Assembly (NCBI GenBank): GCA_015494725.1
Contig: WGAR01000003.1
Span: 1 to 54,697, forward strand
Source of the DNA: Thermodesulfobacteriaceae bacterium
GTDB lineage: Bacteria > Desulfobacterota > Thermodesulfobacteria > Thermodesulfobacteriales > Thermodesulfobacteriaceae
Direction: 5' to 3'
DNA: 54,697 nucleotides
Part shown: positions 9,389-18,756 of the stretch, in pieces
Numbering within the stretch: position 1 is the stretch's first letter
How the letters are laid out: the number at the start of each line of letters is the position of its first letter
Made by a program: the position numbers and the translations under genes
The notes under the pieces: generated by a model
Seen by the model: only the letters and a program-made list of their open reading frames with translations
The model's database searches: none
Told to the model about the DNA's origin: nothing

Positions 9389-9807
9389 ACGTCCACCACA
9401 CACTGAGCTACCCAGAACTCCCCCTCCCGGGCCACCCGGGCCAGGGTAAAGGTGGCCCCTTTGACCTCCACTCCGAGACGATGTTTGTCCGGATCCAGCC
9501 CCTCCCCCAGGGCCCGAGCCTCAAGCCTGTTTCCGGAAATCTTTACCCTGAATTCCCGAAAGACCATCCCCTCGAGATCCGCCAGGGTTAGGAGGCGGTT
9601 TAGCCAGAGCACAAAGAGTTCGTCCAGGAGTTCGGCCTCCACTTCCACCGGAAGATCTTTTTCAGGGGTTATTTCTTCAAAATTTTCCACTATCAGCGAA
9701 AACAGGGCCTTGGCCCCGTTGGCAAAGGCCTCCTCCGGGGTGCGTCCGTACCCCCGCACCCCGATGTCTGCTCCGTGTTCAAAGGTCTCGTAAGGTATGA
9801 AGGGCAT
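9385..9807 (-). CDS. Archease
   Basis: YETFEHGADIG N-terminus, EVKGAT, C-terminal VVDV. Confidence 0.93.
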   Translation of the reverse strand: MPFIPYETFEHGADIGVRGYGRTPEEAFANGAKALFSLIVENFEEITPEKDLPVEVEAELLDELFVLWLNRLLTLADLEGMVFREFRVKISGNRLEARALGEGLDPDKHRLGVEVKGATFTLARVAREGEFWVAQCVVDV

Positions 9808-12070
9808 AGGAATGACATCCTCCGGAAATTACATAAGGAATATAAGGCCAGAGAAGGGTTTTAGGAAGTCCTCCGGTGAGGTCCTCCATGGTACAGACCA
9901 GAAATTCTTTTCCTTTAAGAAAGACGAAGATTGCTCCCTGCTGGCCGGTTATATAGAGGGGGATTTTTTCCCTTTTAAGCCACCCTCGGACCTCACGATG
10001 AGGATGATGTCTTCCCCGGGCCAGGGCCAGAGCCACCCGGGGTTTAAGGGCCTTCCAGGCTGAGGGCAGAAAACCGTTTCGGGCCCCGTGATGGGGAAGG
10101 ATCAGGATCTCGGCAGGCAGGGTCGCAAGAACTCTTTCCATTCGCCGGAGACGGGTGCGGTCGATATCTCCGGGAAAGAAGAGGCTGAGACCCCGGAATT
10201 CCAGATACCCGACCAGTCCCTCCCGGTTCTCCAGCCTCTCCGGAGGCCGAGGCCGCCCCGGAAAAAGCCATACTTCAGCCTCTCCAACCCTTTCCCGGGT
10301 AAAGGAGCGCAGGGAAAGAGGGGAGAACCCCGGGGATACCCTTTCCCAGGAAGCCCGGCGAAAGCTTCCGGAGAGGATCTTTTTCACCAGGAGGGCCCTT
10401 TTCAGGGCCGGGAGTCCCCCGGCATGATCCAGGTCCGGGTGGGATAGCACCACCAGGTCCAGGCGGTGAAGGCCCATCTTTTCCAGCGCCGGAACCAGGA
10501 GGTACTTTCCCAGATCCACGCTTCCGAAACGTGCTCCAGCATCGAAAAGCAGATTGCGGTTTCCGGGGAGATGGACCGCCACCGCGTTGGCCTTTCCCAG
10601 ATCCAGGGCTACCATCCAGAAAAGTCTCTCCCGGGCCATCCAGCCCAGCAGGAAAAGCCCCAACGCCCCGGCCGCAAGAACCCCGGCCACGCCCCTGCGG
10701 TCGCGATAAAGGAGGCCTCCTAGCAGCAAAAATCCCAGAGCCAGAACCAGCATCCCCACCGGAAAGGGAGGAAGAAGGGAAGGGCAGGGGATAGGGAACC
10801 GCAGGGCGTATTTCAGGATTCCGGCCAGTGTTTCGGCCAGATGGGCGGCCTTTTCGGGACTGAGGAAACTCCCCAGGGCGGCCAGCATCTCTCCGGGGAT
10901 GATGACCAGGCACCACAGGGGCGAGAAGATAAGGGTGTTCAGAGGGCCGGTCCAGGCGGCCCTTCCGAAATACCACAGAACGAAGGGCAGGGTAAAGAGC
11001 CAGGCCCCCAGGGAGATCAAAAACCCCTCCAGCAGGAACCGGACCGGGCGGTTTTCGATCTTCATTTTTCGACTCCAGCGGTGCCCCAGAAGGACCCCGA
11101 TCACCGCCATCACCGAGAGACGGAAGGAGGGATGAAGGATCCAGTAAGGTTTCCAGAGCAGGGCCAGCAGTACGGCTCCGGCCAGGAGATCCGGACCGGA
11201 GACCCGGCGAAAGAGACTCCGGGCCAGGGTATAGAGAAGGAGCATGAGCAAGGCCCGTTGTGTTGAGGGCGAAAGGCCGGAAAGCAGGGCGTAAAGGAAG
11301 GCCCCCGCAAGGCCCACCCAGGCGGCGGGAACCTGGGCCGGAAGCCCCGAACGGGGAAAGATCCGGGGCCACAGAAAGCGAGCCCCCCAGAAAAGAAATC
11401 CGTAAAGAAGCCCCAGATGGAAGCCGGATACGGCCAGGAAGTGATAGATTCCCAGTTCCTGTATCCGGTCCTCCAGATCCCCGGGAAGATCCGTCTTTTC
11501 TCCCAGGATCAGGGCCCGGAAAAGTCCCCGGGCCGGAGGGGAAAGGCCCCCGGAAAAGAAGTCCAGTCGGTCCCGCAGGCTCTCCAAAAAGCCTCCCCGG
11601 GAGGGAAAACAGAGGATCCGGTTTCCTCGAAGGTAAGCCCGAAAGGAAAGCCCCCGGGTGAGAAGGACCATCCGGAGCGGAGGCCCGAAGGGGTTGAGGT
11701 GTCCGGAGGCGGGACGCACCAGGGCCTCAAAACCGGACCCCGTCGTACATTCCGGAATCCGGGTCCGGGAAAGGATCTCCCCCCGCGCCCCTGAATCCAG
11801 TTTTACCCGCAGGACCACCCCGGAGGTTCCCGTGCTCCGGCCCACAATCCTTCCGCTTATCCTGCCCGAGGGGAAAGGGCGGTTCCGGCTCTGCCGAAAC
11901 CACGCTCCGTAGAACATTCCCCCCAGGGCAAACACTCCGGTGGTCGGCCCCCCGAGGAATCCGAGCCCGCTCAGAAGGATCCGCAGCGGAAGGGATACTC
12001 CCCAGAAGGAAAGAAGCAATCCCAGAGAGAGCCCCAGGGCCGCTTTTTTTAGGGGACCTTCAGGCACCAC
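9779..12070 (-). CDS. comEC: DNA internalization competence protein ComEC/Rec2
   Basis: HFLAVSGFH competence motif, many TM segments, metallo-beta-lactamase SHPDLDHAGG and PHHG; exact start uncertain. Confidence 0.9.
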   Translation of the reverse strand: MVPEGPLKKAALGLSLGLLLSFWGVSLPLRILLSGLGFLGGPTTGVFALGGMFYGAWFRQSRNRPFPSGRISGRIVGRSTGTSGVVLRVKLDSGARGEILSRTRIPECTTGSGFEALVRPASGHLNPFGPPLRMVLLTRGLSFRAYLRGNRILCFPSRGGFLESLRDRLDFFSGGLSPPARGLFRALILGEKTDLPGDLEDRIQELGIYHFLAVSGFHLGLLYGFLFWGARFLWPRIFPRSGLPAQVPAAWVGLAGAFLYALLSGLSPSTQRALLMLLLYTLARSLFRRVSGPDLLAGAVLLALLWKPYWILHPSFRLSVMAVIGVLLGHRWSRKMKIENRPVRFLLEGFLISLGAWLFTLPFVLWYFGRAAWTGPLNTLIFSPLWCLVIIPGEMLAALGSFLSPEKAAHLAETLAGILKYALRFPIPCPSLLPPFPVGMLVLALGFLLLGGLLYRDRRGVAGVLAAGALGLFLLGWMARERLFWMVALDLGKANAVAVHLPGNRNLLFDAGARFGSVDLGKYLLVPALEKMGLHRLDLVVLSHPDLDHAGGLPALKRALLVKKILSGSFRRASWERVSPGFSPLSLRSFTRERVGEAEVWLFPGRPRPPERLENREGLVGYLEFRGLSLFFPGDIDRTRLRRMERVLATLPAEILILPHHGARNGFLPSAWKALKPRVALALARGRHHPHREVRGWLKREKIPLYITGQQGAIFVFLKGKEFLVCTMEDLTGGLPKTLLWPYIPYVISGGCHSYALHTLRDL

Positions 12071-12770
12071 CCTTGGGAGGACGCGGCCCGAAAAGCGCGG
12101 TTCCGATCCTGACCAGCGTGGCCCCTTCCTCTACCGCTACCTCGTAATCGTGACTCATACCCATGGATAGCTCCAGAGGATGCTTCAGTTCATAAAAATC
12201 TTCAACTTGTTCTTTTAACTCTCGTAATTTACGGAAAAATTTTCGAGAATCTTCCGGGTCAGGGGAATAGGGGGGAATGGTCATCAGACCCTGCAGGTCG
12301 AGGGCAGGCAGATCCTTTATCAAGCGGACCAGATCGGGGACTTTCTCCGGGAGGATTCCGGCCTTGGTTTCCTCTCCGCCCACGTTGACCTCGATGAAGA
12401 CGGGCAGGGTGCGTCCCATCTCCTGGGCCAGACGGGATAGGCGCTGGGCAATTTCCGGTCGATCCACGGTCTGGATGAGATCGAAAAGCTGCAGGGCTTT
12501 GCGGGCCTTGTTCTTCTGGAGATAGCCGATAAGGTGCCAGGAAACCGGAAGATCGGAAAGGAGGGCTTTTTTCTTTTCCGCCTCCTGGACATAATTTTCT
12601 CCCAGGATCTCAAGGCCGGCTTCCACGGCCTCCCGGATCTTTTCCGGGGGCTGGGCCTTGGAGGCCCCCAGGATCTTTATCTCCTCCGGGCGGCGCCCCT
12701 TACGCAGGGCAGCCTCGGCCACCCGTTCCCGGATAAGGGCCAGCCTGCGGGCCACGCTCTCAGAGGTCAT
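12060..12770 (-). CDS. yggS: YggS family PLP homeostasis protein
   Basis: ASK, GENYVQE, WHLIG.LQ.NK, GLMTIP, LSMGMS.DY, VRIGT. Confidence 0.96.
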   Translation of the reverse strand: MTSESVARRLALIRERVAEAALRKGRRPEEIKILGASKAQPPEKIREAVEAGLEILGENYVQEAEKKKALLSDLPVSWHLIGYLQKNKARKALQLFDLIQTVDRPEIAQRLSRLAQEMGRTLPVFIEVNVGGEETKAGILPEKVPDLVRLIKDLPALDLQGLMTIPPYSPDPEDSRKFFRKLRELKEQVEDFYELKHPLELSMGMSHDYEVAVEEGATLVRIGTALFGPRPPKGGA

Positions 12771-14376
12771 AATTTACCAGTACCTCCCGGGAAACCGAAA
12801 TTTCACGGGCCAGGGCGGGGTCCTTGTGGGGAAAATCGCGCAGATAATGCGTCCCTCTGGATTCCCGGCGGGAGAGGGCTGAGGCCACGATCAACCGGGC
12901 CACCTGGCAGAGATTGCGCAGCTCCACGAATTCCGGGGTGAGGATGTAACGCCAGTAGTGGTCTTCTATCTCTCTGGCGATAAAGGCCAGGCGCCGGCGG
13001 GCCAGTTCCAGACGATCCAGGCTGCGCACAATACCCACATAATTCCACATGAGGCGACGAATGGCATCCCAGTTATGGGAAATGAGGACCCGTTCCTCCA
13101 TATCCACCGCTCCCCCCGGATCCCATTCCGGTACCTCCACCAGAGGCAGTTTCCGCCATTCCGGCCAGAGATCCCGAATACGCAGATAGGCCTGGTGAGC
13201 AAAAACCAGGGCCTCGAGCAGCGAATTCGAGGCCAGACGGTTGGCCCCGTGAAGACCGGTACAGGCGCATTCCCCCACGGCGAAAAGTCCGGGGATATCC
13301 GTTTCGGCCAAAAGATTGGTATAAACCCCTCCGCAGAGATAATGGGCCGCCGGGACCACCGGTACGGGTTCGCGGGTAAGGTCGTAGCCGAAACGCAGGC
13401 AGGTTTCGTAAAGGTAGGGGAATCTCTTTTTGATGAACTCCGCCGGACGGTGGGAGATATCCAGCCACACGTGGTCGGCTCCGCTGCGTTTGAGTTCCAT
13501 ATCGATGGCCCGGGCCACGATGTCCCGGGGGGCGAGTTCGCCGTCGGGATGATAGCGATGCATAAAGGGTCGCCCCTGAGGGTCCAGGAGGCGGGCCCCC
13601 TCGCCCCTTAAGGCCTCGGAAAGGAGAAAATTTTTGGCCCGCGGGTGATAGAGACAGGTGGGGTGAAATTGAACAAATTCCAGATTGGTGGCCCGGGCCC
13701 CGGCCCTTACCGCCAGGGCAATGCCATCCCCGGTGGCTGTATCCGGATTGCTGGTATAGAGATACACCTTGCCGGCCCCTCCGGTGGCCAGGATTACCAT
13801 GCGCGCCCGGATGGCCTCGATACATCCGCTGGTCCATTCCTGAACATAGGCCCCCACCACCCGATTTCCGGTGTAATCTCTTTTGAGCTTTCCCAGGGTG
13901 ATAAGATCCACAGCCAGGTGTCCTTCCAGAAGCCTGATCTGGGGCCTTTCACGAACCCGGGCCAGAAGCACCTTCTCGATCTCCCTTCCGGTATGATCCT
14001 CCACATGCAGGATCCGCCGTCGGGAATGCCCTCCCTCCAGTCCCAGATCGAAGCGGGAGGGGTCCCGAGGGTCCCGGGAAAATTCCACCCCCCAGGCCAT
14101 GAGTTCTCTTATCCGTTCCGGGGCCTGGCGCACCACCAGCTCCACGGTTTCTCTTCGACACAATCCATCTCCGGCCCGGAGGGTATCCTCAATATGGAGA
14201 TCAAAGGAGTCGTCTTCGGACATGACGCAGGCTATCCCCCCCTGGGCCAGGGAGGTAGCCCCCTCGGCGGCCTTCTTTTTGGTGATCACCCATACCTCTC
14301 CCAGTTCAGACAGCTTAAGAGCCAGACTGAGTCCGGCGATCCCTGAACCGATGATCAGGAAATCCGTACTGAGCAT
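12760..14376 (-). CDS. nadB: L-aspartate oxidase
   Basis: GSGIAGL, AQGGIA, EGGHSRRRI, QFHPT, SEALRGEG, HGANRLASNSLLE. Confidence 0.96.
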   Translation of the reverse strand: MLSTDFLIIGSGIAGLSLALKLSELGEVWVITKKKAAEGATSLAQGGIACVMSEDDSFDLHIEDTLRAGDGLCRRETVELVVRQAPERIRELMAWGVEFSRDPRDPSRFDLGLEGGHSRRRILHVEDHTGREIEKVLLARVRERPQIRLLEGHLAVDLITLGKLKRDYTGNRVVGAYVQEWTSGCIEAIRARMVILATGGAGKVYLYTSNPDTATGDGIALAVRAGARATNLEFVQFHPTCLYHPRAKNFLLSEALRGEGARLLDPQGRPFMHRYHPDGELAPRDIVARAIDMELKRSGADHVWLDISHRPAEFIKKRFPYLYETCLRFGYDLTREPVPVVPAAHYLCGGVYTNLLAETDIPGLFAVGECACTGLHGANRLASNSLLEALVFAHQAYLRIRDLWPEWRKLPLVEVPEWDPGGAVDMEERVLISHNWDAIRRLMWNYVGIVRSLDRLELARRRLAFIAREIEDHYWRYILTPEFVELRNLCQVARLIVASALSRRESRGTHYLRDFPHKDPALAREISVSREVLVNYDL

Positions 14377-14381
14377 CTCCC

Positions 14382-15605
14382 TTACTCCTGAGGCAACCGG
14401 GGCTCCCGTTCCAGGAACCGGCTCATCAAGGCCTGACCGTCCGGGAGGAAGAGACCGGCCTTCTGGGCTGTGGCTTCCGAAAAGCCCTCCTGGCGGCGGC
14501 GGGAGGGGTCTCGGGAATCAAAGATAACGAAGGGGACCGGCTTGGAGGAATGGGTACGCAGGGGAATAGGGGTAAGATGATCGGTGACCGCTAGAATGCG
14601 GTATTCCTGAAACCGGGCCGCGGCTTCCTCTATCACCGTGCGCACCACATAACGATCGAAGTCCTGAATGGCCTTGATTTTCAACTCTATGGAGCCCTGG
14701 TGGGAGGCCTCATCCGGGGCCTCCACGTGCACAAAAACAAAGTCCGCCTCGTTCAGGGCTTCCATGGCCGCCAGGGCCTTTCCCTCATAATTGGTATCTA
14801 TCCATCCGGTGGCCCCTTCCACCTCAATGATCTTCAAACCGGCCAGGCGCCCCAGCCCCTTGATGAGATCCACCGCTGCCACCACCCCTCCGGAAAGCCC
14901 CCACTTCTCCTCAAAGGGCTCCAGCTGGGGAAGACGCCCCTGCCCCCAGGGCCAAAGGGCATTGGCCGGGGGTTTCCCCTCTTCGATCCGCTTACGATTC
15001 AGGGGATGCTTCTCCAGGATCCGGATAGCCTTCACCAGGAAGTCCCTCAAAAGGGGCTCCTCGCGATAGACCTGCCAGGCATGGTAAACGTTTTTCCCCA
15101 GAAGATCGTGCGGAGGCACCGTGCGAAGCCCCTCCGGCCCCCCGCGCCAGAGAAGGATATGACGATAACTTTTTCCGCAAAAGAGTTCCAGCTTGTCCGT
15201 GGCCAGTTCTCGATTTATATCCTCGATAAGGATCCGGGCCTCCTCGGTAGAGATGTGGCCGGCACTGTAATCCTCCATTACCAGCTGAGGCCCCCGTTTT
15301 TTCAGGGTTACCAGATTGCAACGAAAGGCCACGTCCTCCGGCCGCATGGGTATCCCTAGACTGGCGGCCTCGATGGGCCCTCGACCGGTATATTTCTTTT
15401 CCGGTGGATAACCCAGAAGACTCATATTAGCCACGTCACTTCCCGGGGGAAGCCCCTGAGGAATGGTCTGCACCAGACCTATCTCCCCGTGTTCAGCCAG
15501 AAAATCGAGCCCGGGGGTGGTGGCCACCTCAAGCGGTGTACGTCGCTCCAGTTCTTTGAGGGGAAAATCCCCCATTCCATCACCCACCAGTACGATGTAC
15601 TTCAT
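14382..15605 (-). CDS. apgM: Cofactor-independent phosphoglycerate mutase (ApgM type)
   Basis: GDGMGD, PGSDVAN, YTGRGPIEA, HVEAPDEASH, TDHLTP. Confidence 0.92.
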   Translation of the reverse strand: MKYIVLVGDGMGDFPLKELERRTPLEVATTPGLDFLAEHGEIGLVQTIPQGLPPGSDVANMSLLGYPPEKKYTGRGPIEAASLGIPMRPEDVAFRCNLVTLKKRGPQLVMEDYSAGHISTEEARILIEDINRELATDKLELFCGKSYRHILLWRGGPEGLRTVPPHDLLGKNVYHAWQVYREEPLLRDFLVKAIRILEKHPLNRKRIEEGKPPANALWPWGQGRLPQLEPFEEKWGLSGGVVAAVDLIKGLGRLAGLKIIEVEGATGWIDTNYEGKALAAMEALNEADFVFVHVEAPDEASHQGSIELKIKAIQDFDRYVVRTVIEEAAARFQEYRILAVTDHLTPIPLRTHSSKPVPFVIFDSRDPSRRRQEGFSEATAQKAGLFLPDGQALMSRFLEREPRLPQE

Positions 15606-16081
15606 AACTCCCTCCTTTCCTCGGAAGGCTCCGCAACCTCCGAATGCTGAACCTCCGGACGCACCTCCTCCTTTTCTACCTCCAGGATCTCTATATCGAA
15701 GCGCAGATATTTTCCGGCCAGAGGGTGATTTAGATCCACCACCGCGATATTTCGGTCCCTGCGGGCCAGCCGGGCCGGATGAAGGACTCCAAATTCATCC
15801 TGAACCAGAACGGTCTCCCCGATACGAACCTGAGAGGGAATTTTTTCGCTGGGCAAAAAACGCACCTTTTTAGGATCATATCGTCCATAGTGTTCCTCAG
15901 GGGGTACCCATACCGAGAATCGGGCTCCTTTCTCTCGCCCTAGAAAAGCCCTTTCCACCGAAGGGGGGAATCGACCCTCCCCCACTCGAATATGGACCGG
16001 TTTTTCCGAGGCGTCAACCAGACCGCCCTCGGCAAAGACCTGATACCGAAAGGTGACCCGATCTCCTTTTTCTATAGCCAT
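15602..16081 (-). CDS. slyD: FKBP-type peptidyl-prolyl isomerase, SlyD-like
   Basis: VPPEEHYG, VDLNHPLAGKYLRFDIEI. Confidence 0.85.
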   Translation of the reverse strand: MAIEKGDRVTFRYQVFAEGGLVDASEKPVHIRVGEGRFPPSVERAFLGREKGARFSVWVPPEEHYGRYDPKKVRFLPSEKIPSQVRIGETVLVQDEFGVLHPARLARRDRNIAVVDLNHPLAGKYLRFDIEILEVEKEEVRPEVQHSEVAEPSEERREL

Positions 16082-16092
16082 AAAGATAAAAA

Positions 16093-16112
16093 TCCCCCTC
16101 TTTCGAGGGGGA
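16093..16112 (-). terminator. Intrinsic terminator of the nrfD-nrfC-cytochrome operon
   Basis: TCCCCCTC-GAAA-GAGGGGGA followed by TTTTTATCTTT on the minus strand. Confidence 0.8.
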
Positions 16113-16140
16113 AGATAATCGTTAATATCCGGAGAGGCAA
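16112..16140 (-). promoter_or_regulatory. Putative sigma-70 promoter of slyD overlapping the terminator
   Basis: TTGCCT-17 nt-TATCTT; predicted +1 near 16104, in the terminator loop. Confidence 0.5.
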
Positions 16141-16154
16141 GTCTTGCTTAAGTT

Positions 16155-16571
16155 TCAGTGTTCCGAAGAGGATTCAGAGGAGTGTTGTTTTTTGAGGAGA
16201 CGTTCGTACCCCATCACCCCGATATGACAGCTGGCACAGCGGGTGTTGGAGGCAAAGGCCATCTCTCCGTTATGACAGACCCCACAGTATTTGCCCTTGT
16301 AAAGGGAGTCCATGTTGAAATCCTCGTTTTGTTGCGTGCTTCCAGCCTCCATCTTGAAGATATCCTCGTGACAATCCTCACAGGAAAGCCCGGCTTTTTC
16401 CACGTGCACCTTGTGATCGAAGAGCACCGCTTTCAGGGGTTTGGTAAAGATTATAGGATAGGTGGGATACCCCGCCTCTTCCTCACCCTCCTGACTGAAG
16501 GAAGGCCAGGCATGCAGCAGAAAACCGATTCCTACAAAGATAACCAGGAGTAACAATATATTTCTTTTCAT
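16155..16571 (-). CDS. Periplasmic triheme cytochrome c (c7/c3-like)
   Basis: Signal peptide; FDHKVH; CEDCH, CGVCH, CASCH. Confidence 0.9.
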   Translation of the reverse strand: MKRNILLLLVIFVGIGFLLHAWPSFSQEGEEEAGYPTYPIIFTKPLKAVLFDHKVHVEKAGLSCEDCHEDIFKMEAGSTQQNEDFNMDSLYKGKYCGVCHNGEMAFASNTRCASCHIGVMGYERLLKKQHSSESSSEH

Positions 16572-16594
16572 GACCGGTACCTCCTTAAGGGTTT

Positions 16595-17356
16595 TTAATT
16601 AATGGTGTAAAACACATTGGGACGAGCCCCCATGGACGGCCTCAGAACCCAGATGGCCCGGTAGGGATCGTGCACCAGTTGATAGACCCTGCTGTTGGGA
16701 TCGGCCAGATCTCCGAAGATACGCACCCCTGCCGGACAGGCCTTGGCACAGGCCGTGGGGAACTTGCCCTTCGACAGCCGGGACTCCCAGCAGAAGTCAC
16801 ATTTATCAATGGCCCGTTTTTCCTCGTTAAAGTAGCGCATATCATAGGGACAGGCAGCCATACAGGTCTTACACCCGATACACTTTTTAACATTCACTTT
16901 CACGATGCCGGTTTCCGGATCCTTATAGGTGGCCCTGGTGGGGCAGGCCCGCACACAGGGGGGTTCGTTACAATGGTTGCAGAGAATGGGCATGAAACGT
17001 CGGGTCCATTGCCCCTCTCCGCTGGGCAGATGTTGCTCCAGGATCCTGGTGCGCCAGCCGTAGGGGGGAACATGATTGGTCTTGCGGCAGGCCTCCATGC
17101 AGAGCTGACAATCTATGCACCGATCCGTACGCAGGACCATGCTGTAGTGGGGTTTGTACGGATATTTATCCACATACTCCGGAATATCCGCATACACCTC
17201 GCGCACCCGGGATACCACCGAAAGGAGCTTGCCTCCGGCATACACCCCTGTAATCACCAGGCCCAGTTTCAGGAAGGCCCTTCTTTCCTCGCTGGCGATA
17301 TGTTCAACGCCCTCGTTCTTCAAGCTCTTTACCCAATCTGCAAAGCCTTTAAACAT
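16595..17356 (-). CDS. NrfC/DsrO-type 4x[4Fe-4S] protein with twin-arginine-like signal
   Basis: ERRAFLK then hydrophobic stretch; CIDCQLCMEAC, CNHCNEPPCVRACP, CIGCKTCMAACP, CDFC...ACAKACP. Confidence 0.9.
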   Translation of the reverse strand: MFKGFADWVKSLKNEGVEHIASEERRAFLKLGLVITGVYAGGKLLSVVSRVREVYADIPEYVDKYPYKPHYSMVLRTDRCIDCQLCMEACRKTNHVPPYGWRTRILEQHLPSGEGQWTRRFMPILCNHCNEPPCVRACPTRATYKDPETGIVKVNVKKCIGCKTCMAACPYDMRYFNEEKRAIDKCDFCWESRLSKGKFPTACAKACPAGVRIFGDLADPNSRVYQLVHDPYRAIWVLRPSMGARPNVFYTIN

Positions 17357-17386
17357 GGCGTCACCTCCTTAAGTTATCTAAAATTA

Positions 17387-18547
17387 TTAATGAATAGGTT
17401 TATGTCCATCAAAGGCCATCTCCCCCCAGAGAAAGAGGGCTCCGAAAAGTCCTAGACTCCCCAGCACCACCAGCCACTCGGAAAGGGAAGGGGTATAGTG
17501 ATAGTACTCGGGAAGGCCATAGATATGCATTCCCGCATAGTGGGGTACGATCTGCCCGCCTATAACCAGGTCGTAACGCATTACGAAGATGGCCAGCAGG
17601 GCCAGCCCCGAGACCAGAGCCATGGCATTGATATCCCGGGCCCGGACCCCCACCACCACCAGGAAGGGAAGAACCAGCCCCAGGAAGACCTCAAAAACCC
17701 AGAAATTGAAGGCGAAGGGGCCCTTGAGGAAGGCCATGATGGTTTCCCATTTACCGTGGGGTTTGCCGGCCAGACTGGCGATGATCTTCCACACGGTAAA
17801 GAAGATGACCACCGCGGTGAGCAGGGCATAGACCTTTCCCGTGACCTGAAGGGCCTTGACGGTGGATTCGTCCATCTCGCGGCCGGAGAAACGATAGGCA
17901 AACCAGGTGAAAAAGATGATGGCCGCGGCCCCGCTCATCATGGCCGAGGCAATAAAGTAGATGGGCATATACGGACCGTACCAGAATTCGTGGGCATGCA
18001 GTAACCCGAAGACCGCACCCAGGTTACTGTGGGCGGCTACTCCGGCGATGACCCCCAGAAGCCCGGCCAGGGCGGCCTGTTTGTGCCGATGCAGCCGGAT
18101 AAGCCCGAACTCGATCAGCATAAAAAAGAGGTAGGCCCCGTAGAGGGTTCCCATCCACCAGATATTGGAGCGCAGGTTCGGGGAAAGAGAATTCCAGATG
18201 GGCAACCGCCAGGGGTTTTCCAGTTCCATACCGATGGCAAAGAAGCCGGCCAGAATGGTACAGATGGCCAGAAAAATGCTTCGACTGGCCACCGGCTCCA
18301 TGGGCTTATACCCGAAGACATGCCCAATGGAGGAGGTAAGGCAGAGCCCCGTGGAGGTCACCACCCAGAACACATAGGTGGAGATCAGGACTCCCCAGGG
18401 GATCTCCCGGGTCACTCCGTAGGCCTCCATGTGCCCCACTACAAAGGATCGAATCCCTGCTCCCAGACCTATAACCAATAGAATCAGGGAGACCACAAAT
18501 AACCCTACGATCTTTGAATTCTTCACTGCACCCTGTGTCGCCACCAT
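17387..18547 (-). CDS. nrfD: NrfD/PsrC/DsrP family quinone-interacting membrane subunit
   Basis: IPWGVLISTYVFW, ELENPWR, S.IWWMG.LY, RYDLVIGGQ, YTPS..EW; about 10 hydrophobic segments. Confidence 0.88.
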   Translation of the reverse strand: MVATQGAVKNSKIVGLFVVSLILLVIGLGAGIRSFVVGHMEAYGVTREIPWGVLISTYVFWVVTSTGLCLTSSIGHVFGYKPMEPVASRSIFLAICTILAGFFAIGMELENPWRLPIWNSLSPNLRSNIWWMGTLYGAYLFFMLIEFGLIRLHRHKQAALAGLLGVIAGVAAHSNLGAVFGLLHAHEFWYGPYMPIYFIASAMMSGAAAIIFFTWFAYRFSGREMDESTVKALQVTGKVYALLTAVVIFFTVWKIIASLAGKPHGKWETIMAFLKGPFAFNFWVFEVFLGLVLPFLVVVGVRARDINAMALVSGLALLAIFVMRYDLVIGGQIVPHYAGMHIYGLPEYYHYTPSLSEWLVVLGSLGLFGALFLWGEMAFDGHKPIH

Positions 18548-18713
18548 AAAACCCTCCTTTATCCTTGGAAATTAATACTTCCAAAAATGCACACGCAATA
18601 TAGGTTTTAGCAGAATTTTTTAGTCCAGGTCAAATTGAATAGGAGGGGAAGACTAGGGATTGGTGGGATATGGGGTGAAAAAAAGGATTTACCAATGAAT
18701 TTTTTAAAGAATA

Positions 18714-18737
18714 GGGGGCGATATCTCTATCGCCCCC
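18714..18737 (-). terminator. Intrinsic terminator after the multiheme cytochrome gene
   Basis: gggggcgata-tctc-tatcgccccc 10-bp stem followed by TATTCTTT on the minus strand. Confidence 0.7.
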
Positions 18738-18756
18738 CGAATATCGACGATTACGC

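Noticed and set aside
2002-9403. ORF-track start codons for nadC (2002), thi4 (2877), der (7884) and the ASKHA gene (9403)
   Set aside because: Downstream ATGs (2023, 2973, 7770, 9388) fit promoter, SD, overlap or family N-terminus better
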